IMG/VR virus record: IMGVR_UViG_3300017903_001297
Span: 1-24,259 of that record
Strand: one strand, 5' to 3'
DNA length: 24,259 bases
From: a virus
Lineage: Duplodnaviria > Caudoviricetes
In this document: positions 8,926 to 16,389 of the stretch, piece by piece
How positions within the stretch are numbered: position 1 is the stretch's first letter
Layout: each line of letters opens with the position of its first letter
Notes under the pieces: model-generated
Databases searched by the model: none
What the model saw: only the letters and a program-made list of their open reading frames with translations
Told to the model about the DNA's origin: nothing
Translations under genes and position numbers: made by a program

Positions 8926-9315
8926 TTAGAAACTGAATGATGCCATTACAGTAACGTCACCAAGTGAGTTGTCTGACAAGTCCCAACTGGTAGACATTGA
9001 CAGATCGATGTCTGACCACATGCCGATGTCCAAGGTGTATGATGCACCCAGATCCAACAGTGGTAGAGCATCTACGTCTGGCATGATGAACTCACCATTT
9101 CCGGCGTCCCACAGATCAAACACCATCAACGCAGAAATATCTACACCATTGAAGTTGTAAGACAGTTCAGGTGAAGCAGTGATTGCACCAACGTCGGTAT
9201 CAACATTATATGCAGTGTTAACAGTTGCACCAAGTGAGATGCCACCACCAAGTTCAAGTGCCATTGCTGACCCCGCCATTGCGGTCATTGCTGCGGCAGC
9301 GATAAGGGTTTTCAT
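8926..9315 (-). CDS. Small outer-membrane beta-barrel (porin-like) protein
   Basis: Signal peptide MKTLIAAAAMTAMAGSAMA, amphipathic beta strands, C-terminal ASFSF; AAGGA RBS. Confidence 0.75.
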   Translation of the reverse strand: MKTLIAAAAMTAMAGSAMALELGGGISLGATVNTAYNVDTDVGAITASPELSYNFNGVDISALMVFDLWDAGNGEFIMPDVDALPLLDLGASYTLDIGMWSDIDLSMSTSWDLSDNSLGDVTVMASFSF

Positions 9316-9357
9316 ACTAGTATTCCTTTAAAGATTAAAAACCGGTTATAATAAAAA

Positions 9358-9598
9358 GTGTCACTTTTCTGTTCCAAGGTAAGTGACCAACCCGTTAGAT
9401 TATGCTGCTAGAGCGTAATCCGAAGATACAAAGTTATCGTTTGCATTTAGAAATGTGTTCTCTCAGACAAGCTACTTACTACCAGTCGATCCTATTTCGT
9501 CCCCATCATAAGAACACTCAAAAAAATGTGCTTATGGTGGAGACGGCGGGTACTGCCCCCGCGTCCTGTATAGCTTTTGTCGAATCCTCAACAAGAAC
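9358..9598 (-). ncRNA. ssrA: Two-piece (circularly permuted) tmRNA; outer ends approximate
   Basis: Acceptor piece ends GCGGG-GGCAGTA-CCCGC-CGTCTCC-ACCA (9535); 30-nt intervening segment; coding piece starts GGGGACGAAATAGGATCGAC (9504); G3.U70 pair; tag 9444-9400 = ANDNFVSSDYALAA*. Confidence 0.95.
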
Positions 9599-9603
9599 GC
9601 TGT

Positions 9604-9611
9604 TATTTATA
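9604..9611 (-). promoter_or_regulatory. T4-type late promoter for tmRNA
   Basis: TATTTATA on + strand = TATAAATA on minus, directly upstream of the acceptor piece. Confidence 0.8.
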
Positions 9612-9640
9612 CTTCATTTCTTTTCTATAGGGAAGTATTT

Positions 9641-9808
9641 TATCTCCATCATAAACACATCAGACTTTTCAAACTAAGGACGTTATCGTCAGCGAAGATT
9701 GCATCTATATTTACCCCAACCGCACTGGAGAGAGGGGCATGACCGCGTTGAGGTAAAAACCTTTCGGTGCCTGATGTGTTTATGGTGAAGACATCGGTTC
9801 TTGTCTCC
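9641..9808 (-). ncRNA. Unidentified structured RNA candidate
   Basis: Perfect 14-bp inverted repeat 9650-9663/9771-9784 enclosing ACC-GAAA-GGT, a 10-bp TTACCTCAAC/GTTGGGGTAA stem and GACG-ATAA-CGTC; no credible ORF. Confidence 0.65.
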
Positions 9809-9820
9809 GTAAGATGATGC

Positions 9821-9850
9821 TACTTATACACCATTCTATTTTGTGTGCAA
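9821..9850 (-). promoter_or_regulatory. Candidate promoter for the RNA locus
   Basis: TTGCAC-16nt-TATAAG; TATAAGTA is also one mismatch from the late consensus. Confidence 0.5.
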
Positions 9851-9860
9851 GCAGTTTTTT

Positions 9861-10091
9861 TTAATTATCTACTTCAATATCTGCTTCGGTTTCGATAACC
9901 ACTCTTGCCCCACAAGACAGCAGAGGTTTGTCGTTACCGCCGTAAGATACCTTAGACGGACCATTGATTACCACAGAATGGCAATAGGTGTTGGTCCGAC
10001 CTTCTTTGATTGTGATGACAGGTTCATTCGTGCCATTCTTTTTGTTGGCACGAATTTTGTGTTGGTTCACATGAATGTACTTTTTCGCCAT
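9861..10091 (-). CDS. Hypothetical phage protein (YIHVNQHKIRAN, CGARVVIET)
   Basis: Coupled start/stop with the upstream gene; resembles a common small phage protein family (from memory). Confidence 0.8.
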   Translation of the reverse strand: MAKKYIHVNQHKIRANKKNGTNEPVITIKEGRTNTYCHSVVINGPSKVSYGGNDKPLLSCGARVVIETEADIEVDN

Positions 10092-10357
10092 TATGCTGCT
10101 TCCATGAGTTGCACTCGGTTTTCGAAGTCGACCCCCATCTCGTAAGGAACGTAAGCAGTTTCACCCATTGTGTATCGGTTGTGTTCACCCTGCCCAACAA
10201 TCTCGACTGTGTAACCATCAAATCCAAACTCGGAAATACGCCCTTTGGATAGGATACGACCCATCAAGTAATATTCTGGTACGTCTGAGCGTGGCACAAA
10301 GTCGTATGCTTTAATGATGTCACCAATGTTAGCAGTGTTTTCAAATTTCATAGTCAT
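10091..10357 (-). CDS. Hypothetical protein (beta-rich, SH3-like size)
   Basis: Tightly packed in operon; AGGA upstream. Confidence 0.75.
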   Translation of the reverse strand: MTMKFENTANIGDIIKAYDFVPRSDVPEYYLMGRILSKGRISEFGFDGYTVEIVGQGEHNRYTMGETAYVPYEMGVDFENRVQLMEAA

Positions 10358-10359
10358 AA

Positions 10360-10617
10360 TTAAAGTCCTAACTTGTACTGAACTGGTTGACTTACAATCT
10401 CGCCGTTACGGTGAGCAATCTCTCGGTTGATAGCGTGAGTACACATATCAAGGTTCTCAATAACTGACTGCCGGTAGTTGCGGTCTTTCTGTTCTTCAAG
10501 GAACCTTTGGTCAGCGACCCACTCTAGCAACTTGGGTAAATCGGCAGTGTCGACTTCGATGACGTGGGTCTTGTCTCGAAGGATTTTCAAACCGAATTCT
10601 CTAATGTGATCAGTCAT
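10360..10617 (-). CDS. Hypothetical protein
   Basis: ATG 10617 (MTDHIREF) after GAGAGAGAG; first gene behind an early-type promoter. Confidence 0.7.
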   Translation of the reverse strand: MTDHIREFGLKILRDKTHVIEVDTADLPKLLEWVADQRFLEEQKDRNYRQSVIENLDMCTHAINREIAHRNGEIVSQPVQYKLGL

Positions 10618-10647
10618 TGGTCTCTCTCTCAATCAACTTACATATTA

Positions 10648-10676
10648 TGTTTACAAAATAAAAAACAAGGGGTCAA
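10648..10676 (-). promoter_or_regulatory. Candidate sigma70-type early promoter
   Basis: TTGACC-17nt-TAAACA with A-rich upstream tract. Confidence 0.5.
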
Positions 10677-10688
10677 CAACTTTTTTTG

Positions 10689-10696
10689 TATAAATA
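10689..10696 (+). promoter_or_regulatory. T4-type late promoter heading the secreted-protein operon
   Basis: Exact TATAAATA 30 nt before ATG 10727. Confidence 0.85.
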
Positions 10697-10726
10697 AGGA
10701 AGAATTGATACGGAAAGGTTTTATTC

Positions 10727-11296
10727 ATGCGCCAACTGTTTTTTGTTGCCTTTTTACTACTTAATGCAATCCCTGCATTTTCTCAGTCAGATCCTATTGT
10801 CACTGAGAACTATACCGAGAGTGATGTCACAACAACCAGTGATTCAACAACCACGGTTATCTCACCACCACCCTCTGCTATCTCCCCCACGATTAATACA
10901 GCAAACTCGGACCTCTGTACGTTCGGTGTTGCTGGTGCTGTGCAAACGCAGATCCTTGGCATCTCGGCAGGTTCCACTATTCGAGATATGAATTGTGAGA
11001 AACTAAAAAATGCTAAGACCCTCTATGACATGGGTATGAAAGTCGCTGCTGTATCAGTGATGTGTCAAGACCCACGAGTGTTTGCCGCAATGATGGATGC
11101 GGGTACACCATGCCCCTTTGATGGTATGATTGGTCAACAAGCAAAAGACGCATGGAACAACCCTGAGAATGCTGCACTTAGACCTGACGCTAAGTCTTCT
11201 GTTGCACTCCCATTAGGTGATATGAATGAAGAAACTACATCTACTCTCATTGGTGGCGGCGTCGTTGCTGCCCTTATGTTCTTCCTCTTACGCTGA
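10727..11296 (+). CDS. Secreted / membrane-anchored hypothetical protein
   Basis: Signal peptide (AFS|Q), Thr-rich linker, PPPSAISP, 4 Cys, C-terminal TM helix. Confidence 0.8.
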   Translation: MRQLFFVAFLLLNAIPAFSQSDPIVTENYTESDVTTTSDSTTTVISPPPSAISPTINTANSDLCTFGVAGAVQTQILGISAGSTIRDMNCEKLKNAKTLYDMGMKVAAVSVMCQDPRVFAAMMDAGTPCPFDGMIGQQAKDAWNNPENAALRPDAKSSVALPLGDMNEETTSTLIGGGVVAALMFFLLR

Positions 11297-12134
11297 TACG
11301 ATTTACGGCACGACCGGAAACGCAGCAGCAGGTGGGTTCACATGGGGGATGGGCGATCTGTTACCAGATTATTCTGCGCCTAATGTATCCCTACAGATTA
11401 ATGGTTTGTCCTACTATTATGTGATGACAAAGAACCAAGAAGATGAAGTTGTCGTTCATGTACGGAACCGCGACCCCATCAATGGTGGGTACATTTTCGA
11501 AGAAGTGGACAACTGGTCAGGACTGCCCGGAAGTTCGATTTTCAAATACTTCACATTTTCTGAAGTGGATGCTTCCTACTTTGGAGACGGAGAAATATTT
11601 GTTGACGGTGACGGAACTGTTACCAATGCGTCGGTTGTCTATTTGTACAAGATGGATATTGACGATCAAATCGTATGTGCGACGCCTTTATCCAGTCCAG
11701 AATGTCCTGGTTACATGGACGCTTTGTATAAATACCTACAAAGTCTTGAGAATTTATCTGCCGATGACCCCTACTACGATGAATGGGTACAGGTACAATT
11801 AGAACGAGAAGCGAATATTGATGAAGAAGATTCCAACGAAATGGAAGATTCTGATCAGCGGGAGGAAGAAGAAGAGGTTGAGAAAAGATTGAGAGTTGAC
11901 CCCGAAGTGGGCGGTCTCGTTGATACGGATTCACAAAACCGTGTTTTGATTGAGTTGGCATCTCAACTGACAATTATTCCATATTATGATGTGACGATCT
12001 ACGGTGGAGAATATCAAGATACGTTGCAACTTGATGATACATTATTACCAGATAATGGGAATGCACTGAGAAACTTAGCATCTGATTCTACTCATAGAAC
12101 AATGGTGCGCTCACAGTATGATCAAGTTCAATAG
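11226..12134 (+). CDS. Secreted hypothetical protein (beta-rich domain, CxxxxxxxxC, acidic C-terminal part)
   Basis: Signal peptide (SYA|D), CATPLSSPECPGY, E/D-rich tract. Confidence 0.8.
   Translation: MKKLHLLSLVAASLLPLCSSSYADTIYGTTGNAAAGGFTWGMGDLLPDYSAPNVSLQINGLSYYYVMTKNQEDEVVVHVRNRDPINGGYIFEEVDNWSGLPGSSIFKYFTFSEVDASYFGDGEIFVDGDGTVTNASVVYLYKMDIDDQIVCATPLSSPECPGYMDALYKYLQSLENLSADDPYYDEWVQVQLEREANIDEEDSNEMEDSDQREEEEEVEKRLRVDPEVGGLVDTDSQNRVLIELASQLTIIPYYDVTIYGGEYQDTLQLDDTLLPDNGNALRNLASDSTHRTMVRSQYDQVQ
11727..11734 (+). promoter_or_regulatory. Possible internal late promoter
   Basis: Exact TATAAATA within a CDS, about 410 nt upstream of the pilin-like gene; could be chance. Confidence 0.35.
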
Positions 12135-12142
12135 GAGAAAAA

Positions 12143-12646
12143 ATGTTTAGAAGTCTTTCGGTTGCCTTTGCGGCAATCTTAACTAGTTCAGCGGTGGCAC
12201 ATGCCGATAGTGTCCCAATCACCGGCAATGTGTCGTCCAAGTGTACGATCTACACTGATACGGTTGGTGTGTATGGAAACCCTACCCCTGATGTTCTTAG
12301 CACTGATCCTTTTGCTGGTGGTGTTCTACCGGTTGTAAGGTATGATGTAACTATTGCGGATTACTATACCGCAAAGATTGCTTGGCCCATGTCATTCTCG
12401 ACAGCGCCAACCTTGACGGATGCTTTGAACTGGAATGGTTCGGTTGAAGTACAGCAAGTTTCTGACGTTCATCAGTCAGACTACGAAACTTACAAAGTAG
12501 TGTACGACAACGTAACAGAGTATGACTTAACGGCAGCGGGTTCTGTCTGGTTCAAAGTTACGTCTGAAGTAACATATGGTTATGGCAAGTCCCTTCCAGG
12601 TGGCGAGTACACCGCAAGCGTAGTGGCAGAATGTATCGCAAAGTAA
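12143..12646 (+). CDS. Secreted fimbrial-subunit-like (Ig-fold) protein
   Basis: Signal peptide (AHA|D), VPITGNVSSKCTI start, PGGEYTASVVAEC end, typical of chaperone-usher pilins; AGGAG RBS. Confidence 0.65.
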   Translation: MFRSLSVAFAAILTSSAVAHADSVPITGNVSSKCTIYTDTVGVYGNPTPDVLSTDPFAGGVLPVVRYDVTIADYYTAKIAWPMSFSTAPTLTDALNWNGSVEVQQVSDVHQSDYETYKVVYDNVTEYDLTAAGSVWFKVTSEVTYGYGKSLPGGEYTASVVAECIAK

Positions 12647-12647
12647 A

Positions 12648-13028
12648 ATGAAAAAATTATATTATGGACTGATGGCAGCACTTCTATCTGGTGGTGCTGC
12701 CTGGGGACACGAATGGACACCAACATACCCTGAGTTCGAACCTTCTTATATGGAAGGCGTGATGGTGACCACGATGGACCTGTTTAATAAACGAGATGAC
12801 GTTTCTTACTATGAGATCAGCGTCTTCGATGAAGAATGGAACCCAATCCCATTTGCGTCAGTCGCAAGATTGGTCCAGTTAGATTATTTGGAACGTGAAA
12901 GTTTTGACATCTATGTTCGTGCTACAGATTTTGACCGAGTAGAATATATTTGCTCACTGTCAAAAATTCTTAGTGAAGATGTAAAGACTTCTGCAATCCA
13001 AACAAAAGTATGTTCGAGGGTGAAATGA
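12648..13028 (+). CDS. Secreted Ig-like protein resembling a pilus chaperone N-domain
   Basis: Signal peptide (AWG|H), WTPT...MDLFN...YEISV strand pattern, C-terminal Cys pair. Confidence 0.5.
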   Translation: MKKLYYGLMAALLSGGAAWGHEWTPTYPEFEPSYMEGVMVTTMDLFNKRDDVSYYEISVFDEEWNPIPFASVARLVQLDYLERESFDIYVRATDFDRVEYICSLSKILSEDVKTSAIQTKVCSRVK

Positions 13029-13456
13029 AAATAGTTTCTAGAATTGTTATTGCTTTAGTTATCATCATCGCGCTGGCATATGCAGGAATGGCGTGGGGTC
13101 AATCAAACTCATTGAACCTACAATTACCTACAGCGCCACAGAACTATCAGTCCGATAGTTTTAGGACAGGCGATCTAGATTGTTCTAATGCTATCGGATC
13201 AGCAACAAACCTTGAGTTTGGTGTAACAGGTCTGATTGAGAATGGATGGTACAATAACCTTGGTGGTTATGTGAACAGTCAGAGAGTAGGTGATGTTGGC
13301 ATCTATGCCAGAATTATTATCCCCCTGGGGGCAATTTCACATAATAGGATTGACTGTAATCGTTTGTATGAAATAGAGTTGAGAAAGCAAAACTTGGAAC
13401 TATTGCGTCTAGAGGCAGAAGTTCGAAGACTAAGACAATTACAATTCGAGAACTAA
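13025..13456 (+). CDS. Secreted hypothetical protein with beta-hairpins and C-terminal coiled coil
   Basis: Signal/TM, LDCSNAIG, LEFGVTG, GIYARIIIPL, IDCNRLY; ATGA overlap at 13025. Confidence 0.8.
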   Translation: MKIVSRIVIALVIIIALAYAGMAWGQSNSLNLQLPTAPQNYQSDSFRTGDLDCSNAIGSATNLEFGVTGLIENGWYNNLGGYVNSQRVGDVGIYARIIIPLGAISHNRIDCNRLYEIELRKQNLELLRLEAEVRRLRQLQFEN

Positions 13457-13460
13457 GAAA

Positions 13461-14003
13461 ATGTTAAGATTTAAAACATTCATCGCAGCGTCCGTTGTTG
13501 CAAGCGGCATGGCAATGGCAGAAGAAACTAAGATTCAACCCATCAGCATCCGCAACAATAATCCTGGTAACATCAAAGTCAGCGGCGACAACTGGGACGG
13601 TTCTATCTCTGGTGGAGAAGGTGGGTTTGTAAAGTTTGAATCCCCAGAAATGGGCGCACGAGCAATGGCAAAGTTGTTAAGTAACTATCAAACCAAGCAT
13701 GGACTAAACACTGTAGGCAGTATGATCAACCGCTGGGCACCACCAAGCGAAAACGACACATCTACATATGCTTCAACTGTTGCTAGTCGTATGGGTGTTG
13801 GGGTCGATGATGTAATTGACTTCTCTAAAAATCGTGGTCATCTGAAATCAATGATGCGTCATATGATTGACTATGAAGGTGGCAATCCAGCAAAGACTTA
13901 TTACACCGATAAGATTATCAACAGTGGTGTAAATCTTGCTGCACCTATGCCAACTCCAGCAACACGTCCGACAAGCATTCCGAAAAAACCAGAGGGGTTC
14001 TAA
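13461..14003 (+). CDS. Lysozyme-like virion protein (RNNNPGNI family)
   Basis: RNNNPGNI, F.SPEMGARA, INRWAPPSENDT. Confidence 0.75.
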   Translation: MLRFKTFIAASVVASGMAMAEETKIQPISIRNNNPGNIKVSGDNWDGSISGGEGGFVKFESPEMGARAMAKLLSNYQTKHGLNTVGSMINRWAPPSENDTSTYASTVASRMGVGVDDVIDFSKNRGHLKSMMRHMIDYEGGNPAKTYYTDKIINSGVNLAAPMPTPATRPTSIPKKPEGF

Positions 14004-14272
14004 TGAAGACGTTTAAGCAGTACATTAGTGAAGAATCTAAGGTATTAAGTCGTTTCCGCGCTCAACAAGGTGTTGGTACAGAAGCATTGCTAGCAAGAAA
14101 TGCTATTAATAAACATAGCATTCAGCAAACATTAGATAAAGCTAGGCAATTGAAAAAAGAAATTGAATCTCAATCAATGAAATTGAATTTGGATAACTAC
14201 TTTATGAATAAACGTAGACCGTTTGTAGATTTTGGTTACACTGATCAATATGGACGTGCTACGCCAGTTTAG
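14003..14272 (+). CDS. Probable internal head protein
   Basis: N-terminus MKTFKQYISEE matches the T4 capsid-targeting sequence pattern (MKTYQEFIAE). Confidence 0.6.
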   Translation: MKTFKQYISEESKVLSRFRAQQGVGTEALLARNAINKHSIQQTLDKARQLKKEIESQSMKLNLDNYFMNKRRPFVDFGYTDQYGRATPV

Positions 14273-14281
14273 GAAAGAATA

Positions 14282-14869
14282 ATGGCAGAAATTGAATTTG
14301 GTGGAATGACCTTCAAAGGCGGACGTATGGTTGCCGTCTTTGCTGCACTATCAACTCTTGGTGGTGCTGCCTGGGGTGGGTTTGAAATCTATAAAGATTA
14401 CATGGATATGAAAGAGATTATCCAGAACATCGATATAGACGAAATCAATGCTGCCAACGCACTACAAATCCAAAAATTGAATGATGCTATCGATTACACT
14501 CGTGACATTAAAGATGATCTGAGACAGGACATCATTAAGATTGACGAGCGTATCGATTACATAGATAGTGTAGTACGGGAAACTCGTACTGACTTGACGA
14601 ATCGTGCAGATGCTTCGGAAGATCGTATTCGTGCCACACAAGCAACGATTGAAGCAACCCTGCAAGAAATTCGTGATGAGATGAGTGAACTACAGCGTGA
14701 TGTTACTAGTAGCATCCGTGAAGTAGAATCAACCGTGCGTCTCTCGGAGAAAGATGTTCGTGACACATTGCGTACCACGACATTGGATCTTGAAGCAGAC
14801 ATGGATAAACTAGAAACTGATCTGAAAGAGACAATCCAAGAGGCGCTAGACAATCCACTAACCAACTAA
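14282..14869 (+). CDS. Membrane-anchored coiled-coil protein
   Basis: Hydrophobic segment VAVFAALSTLGGAAWGGF then about 150 aa of heptad-like helix. Confidence 0.8.
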   Translation: MAEIEFGGMTFKGGRMVAVFAALSTLGGAAWGGFEIYKDYMDMKEIIQNIDIDEINAANALQIQKLNDAIDYTRDIKDDLRQDIIKIDERIDYIDSVVRETRTDLTNRADASEDRIRATQATIEATLQEIRDEMSELQRDVTSSIREVESTVRLSEKDVRDTLRTTTLDLEADMDKLETDLKETIQEALDNPLTN

Positions 14870-14882
14870 ATTGGAGGTACTT

Positions 14883-15020
14883 ATGGAAAGAGCAGAACGA
14901 ATTCACAGAACGAATTATGCTCAACAACGAAGACAGATTACCAACGAAATAGTTGAAGAACGACGAGAAAACTTCTACAGCAAAATGAGACGACTTCGAA
15001 AGAAGAAGACCAAACATTAA
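14883..15020 (+). CDS. Small basic protein, 45 aa (MERAERIHRT...KKKTKH), absent from ORF track
   Basis: GGAGGT RBS; open frame to TAA 15020. Confidence 0.65.
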   Translation: MERAERIHRTNYAQQRRQITNEIVEERRENFYSKMRRLRKKKTKH

Positions 15021-15027
15021 TAATAAC

Positions 15028-15064
15028 AAAAAAAGAGGGGGTCTATTCGACCCCCGTATTTCTT
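15028..15064. terminator. Intrinsic terminator between convergent units (stronger for minus strand)
   Basis: A7-GA-GGGGGTC-tattc-GACCCCC. Confidence 0.75.
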
Positions 15065-15504
15065 TAGTACTCAGTAAGATCATCGTCTGAATCGGGTAAC
15101 TTATCTTCATGTTCCCGATCATGCATTGCTAATGCAATGATACCATAATGAATGACCTTCATTAGATCAGCACGATTGTACCCCTGCTTTTTACCGTAGC
15201 GTTGGCAGTACTTGACGACATTACCAAGAGCAAATCCCATCCCATGTCCCATATCCTCAATAATTTGAGTAGACTGATATTTGGACTGAGAGTAATGGGC
15301 ATCATATGTACCGTCGATGTACTCCCACATTTCTTCTAAGATTTCATCTTCTTTGAAAGCATATGGAATTGCTGAAGAAAATAAATCTTTGAGCGGTTCA
15401 TCTTCCACCCACTTCTTATGAACACCTGGACCATCACCGTCTACCCAATCATATGGATCTGCTTCATGCTGGTTGATTTCATCGAACTTACTAGTCAAAG
15501 ACAT
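15064..15504 (-). CDS. DUF3310-like protein
   Basis: HY...GFALGNVVKYCQRYGKKQG...DLMKVIHY. Confidence 0.75.
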   Translation of the reverse strand: MSLTSKFDEINQHEADPYDWVDGDGPGVHKKWVEDEPLKDLFSSAIPYAFKEDEILEEMWEYIDGTYDAHYSQSKYQSTQIIEDMGHGMGFALGNVVKYCQRYGKKQGYNRADLMKVIHYGIIALAMHDREHEDKLPDSDDDLTEY

Positions 15505-15544
15505 TTCATTTCCTCACTTTGTGTTTAAAATAACAGTACTGAAT

Positions 15545-16210
15545 TTATTCAGTCATGTAAACCCCAGCGGGGAAAATCTGAGCGATAACCTTTGCACACT
15601 CAACAGCAATCTCACGATGCTCTTTCTGAGTGCCATTATCTGACCGCAAATCAATATAGTGAATCCAAGAACGAAGCGTACCATTGGCATACAGACGTGA
15701 CTTAGTATTACCTTCAGGAAGCACTGCTCGTGCCTGTTCCTTAGCAATACCCTGTTCAATTGCCCACTTATATGCTTCTTTGGACGCATTGATTACGCTC
15801 TGCTGCTTTAACCACCATTCTTCTTGTAGTCGAACATCATCGATCTCTACAGAGTTCTGGCGGTTCTTTTGATCCTGCAAACGTGCTTCACGAAGTACAA
15901 AGTTATCAGACAAATCACGAATGTCTGCATACCGCTGACTAAACTCTTGGAAAGAGAAAGAGCGGTGACGCAAAAACTGACGAGCAATGTCACGAGTTGT
16001 CTCAATCTCCAAGCACACCGAAACCATTTCAAATGGTGACCAATGCTTGTGTTTTACCAAATACTTCAGAAGACGTTCAGCAGTCTCCGAGTTAATCTGG
16101 TTAGAGGGATTAGAGACTCGCGCACAATACGCAACAAGATCTTGAATGTCTTCAACCCCGATCATGTTCTCTTTTGGTGGTTGCGAGTATGAAATGAGGT
16201 TTACGTTCAT
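15545..16210 (-). CDS. thyX: Flavin-dependent thymidylate synthase
   Basis: HWSPFE, RHRSFSFQEFSQRY, EQARAVLP; start ATG 16210. Confidence 0.96.
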   Translation of the reverse strand: MNVNLISYSQPPKENMIGVEDIQDLVAYCARVSNPSNQINSETAERLLKYLVKHKHWSPFEMVSVCLEIETTRDIARQFLRHRSFSFQEFSQRYADIRDLSDNFVLREARLQDQKNRQNSVEIDDVRLQEEWWLKQQSVINASKEAYKWAIEQGIAKEQARAVLPEGNTKSRLYANGTLRSWIHYIDLRSDNGTQKEHREIAVECAKVIAQIFPAGVYMTE

Positions 16211-16389
16211 GCTTCTTCCTGTTCCCAAAAGCGACTGTGCTTACTTGCTAAATCTAACATACTATCTGGATAACCATTTTCTGTTAAGTATTTTCTAAAT
16301 TCCGTATCGTTGTCTGTACATTTTTCTGGAATAGGTTTTGGAAATCCATAGCGCCAACCGCTAGGAGGATCGCATATCAATTTCATCAT
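16207..16389 (-). CDS. Hypothetical protein (DPPSGWRYGFPK)
   Basis: 4-nt overlaps with both neighbours. Confidence 0.75.
   Translation of the reverse strand: MMKLICDPPSGWRYGFPKPIPEKCTDNDTEFRKYLTENGYPDSMLDLASKHSRFWEQEEA

Noticed and set aside
9535-9570. Stand-alone tRNA-Ala or attachment-site fragment
   Set aside because: It is the acceptor piece of the permuted tmRNA; no anticodon arm, no integrase nearby
9402-9677. 91-aa + strand ORF
   Set aside because: Antisense to tmRNA, no RBS or protein-like features
9664-9692. Hammerhead ribozyme (CTGACGA...GAAA on minus strand)
   Set aside because: Stem II is weak, and no UH cleavage site or stem I pairing could be built
9641-9808. Retron msr-msd
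   Set aside because: Inverted repeats fit, but no reverse transcriptase in the window
14462-15122. Minus-strand ORFs of 67-138 aa
   Set aside because: Antisense to the coiled-coil gene and the 45-aa gene
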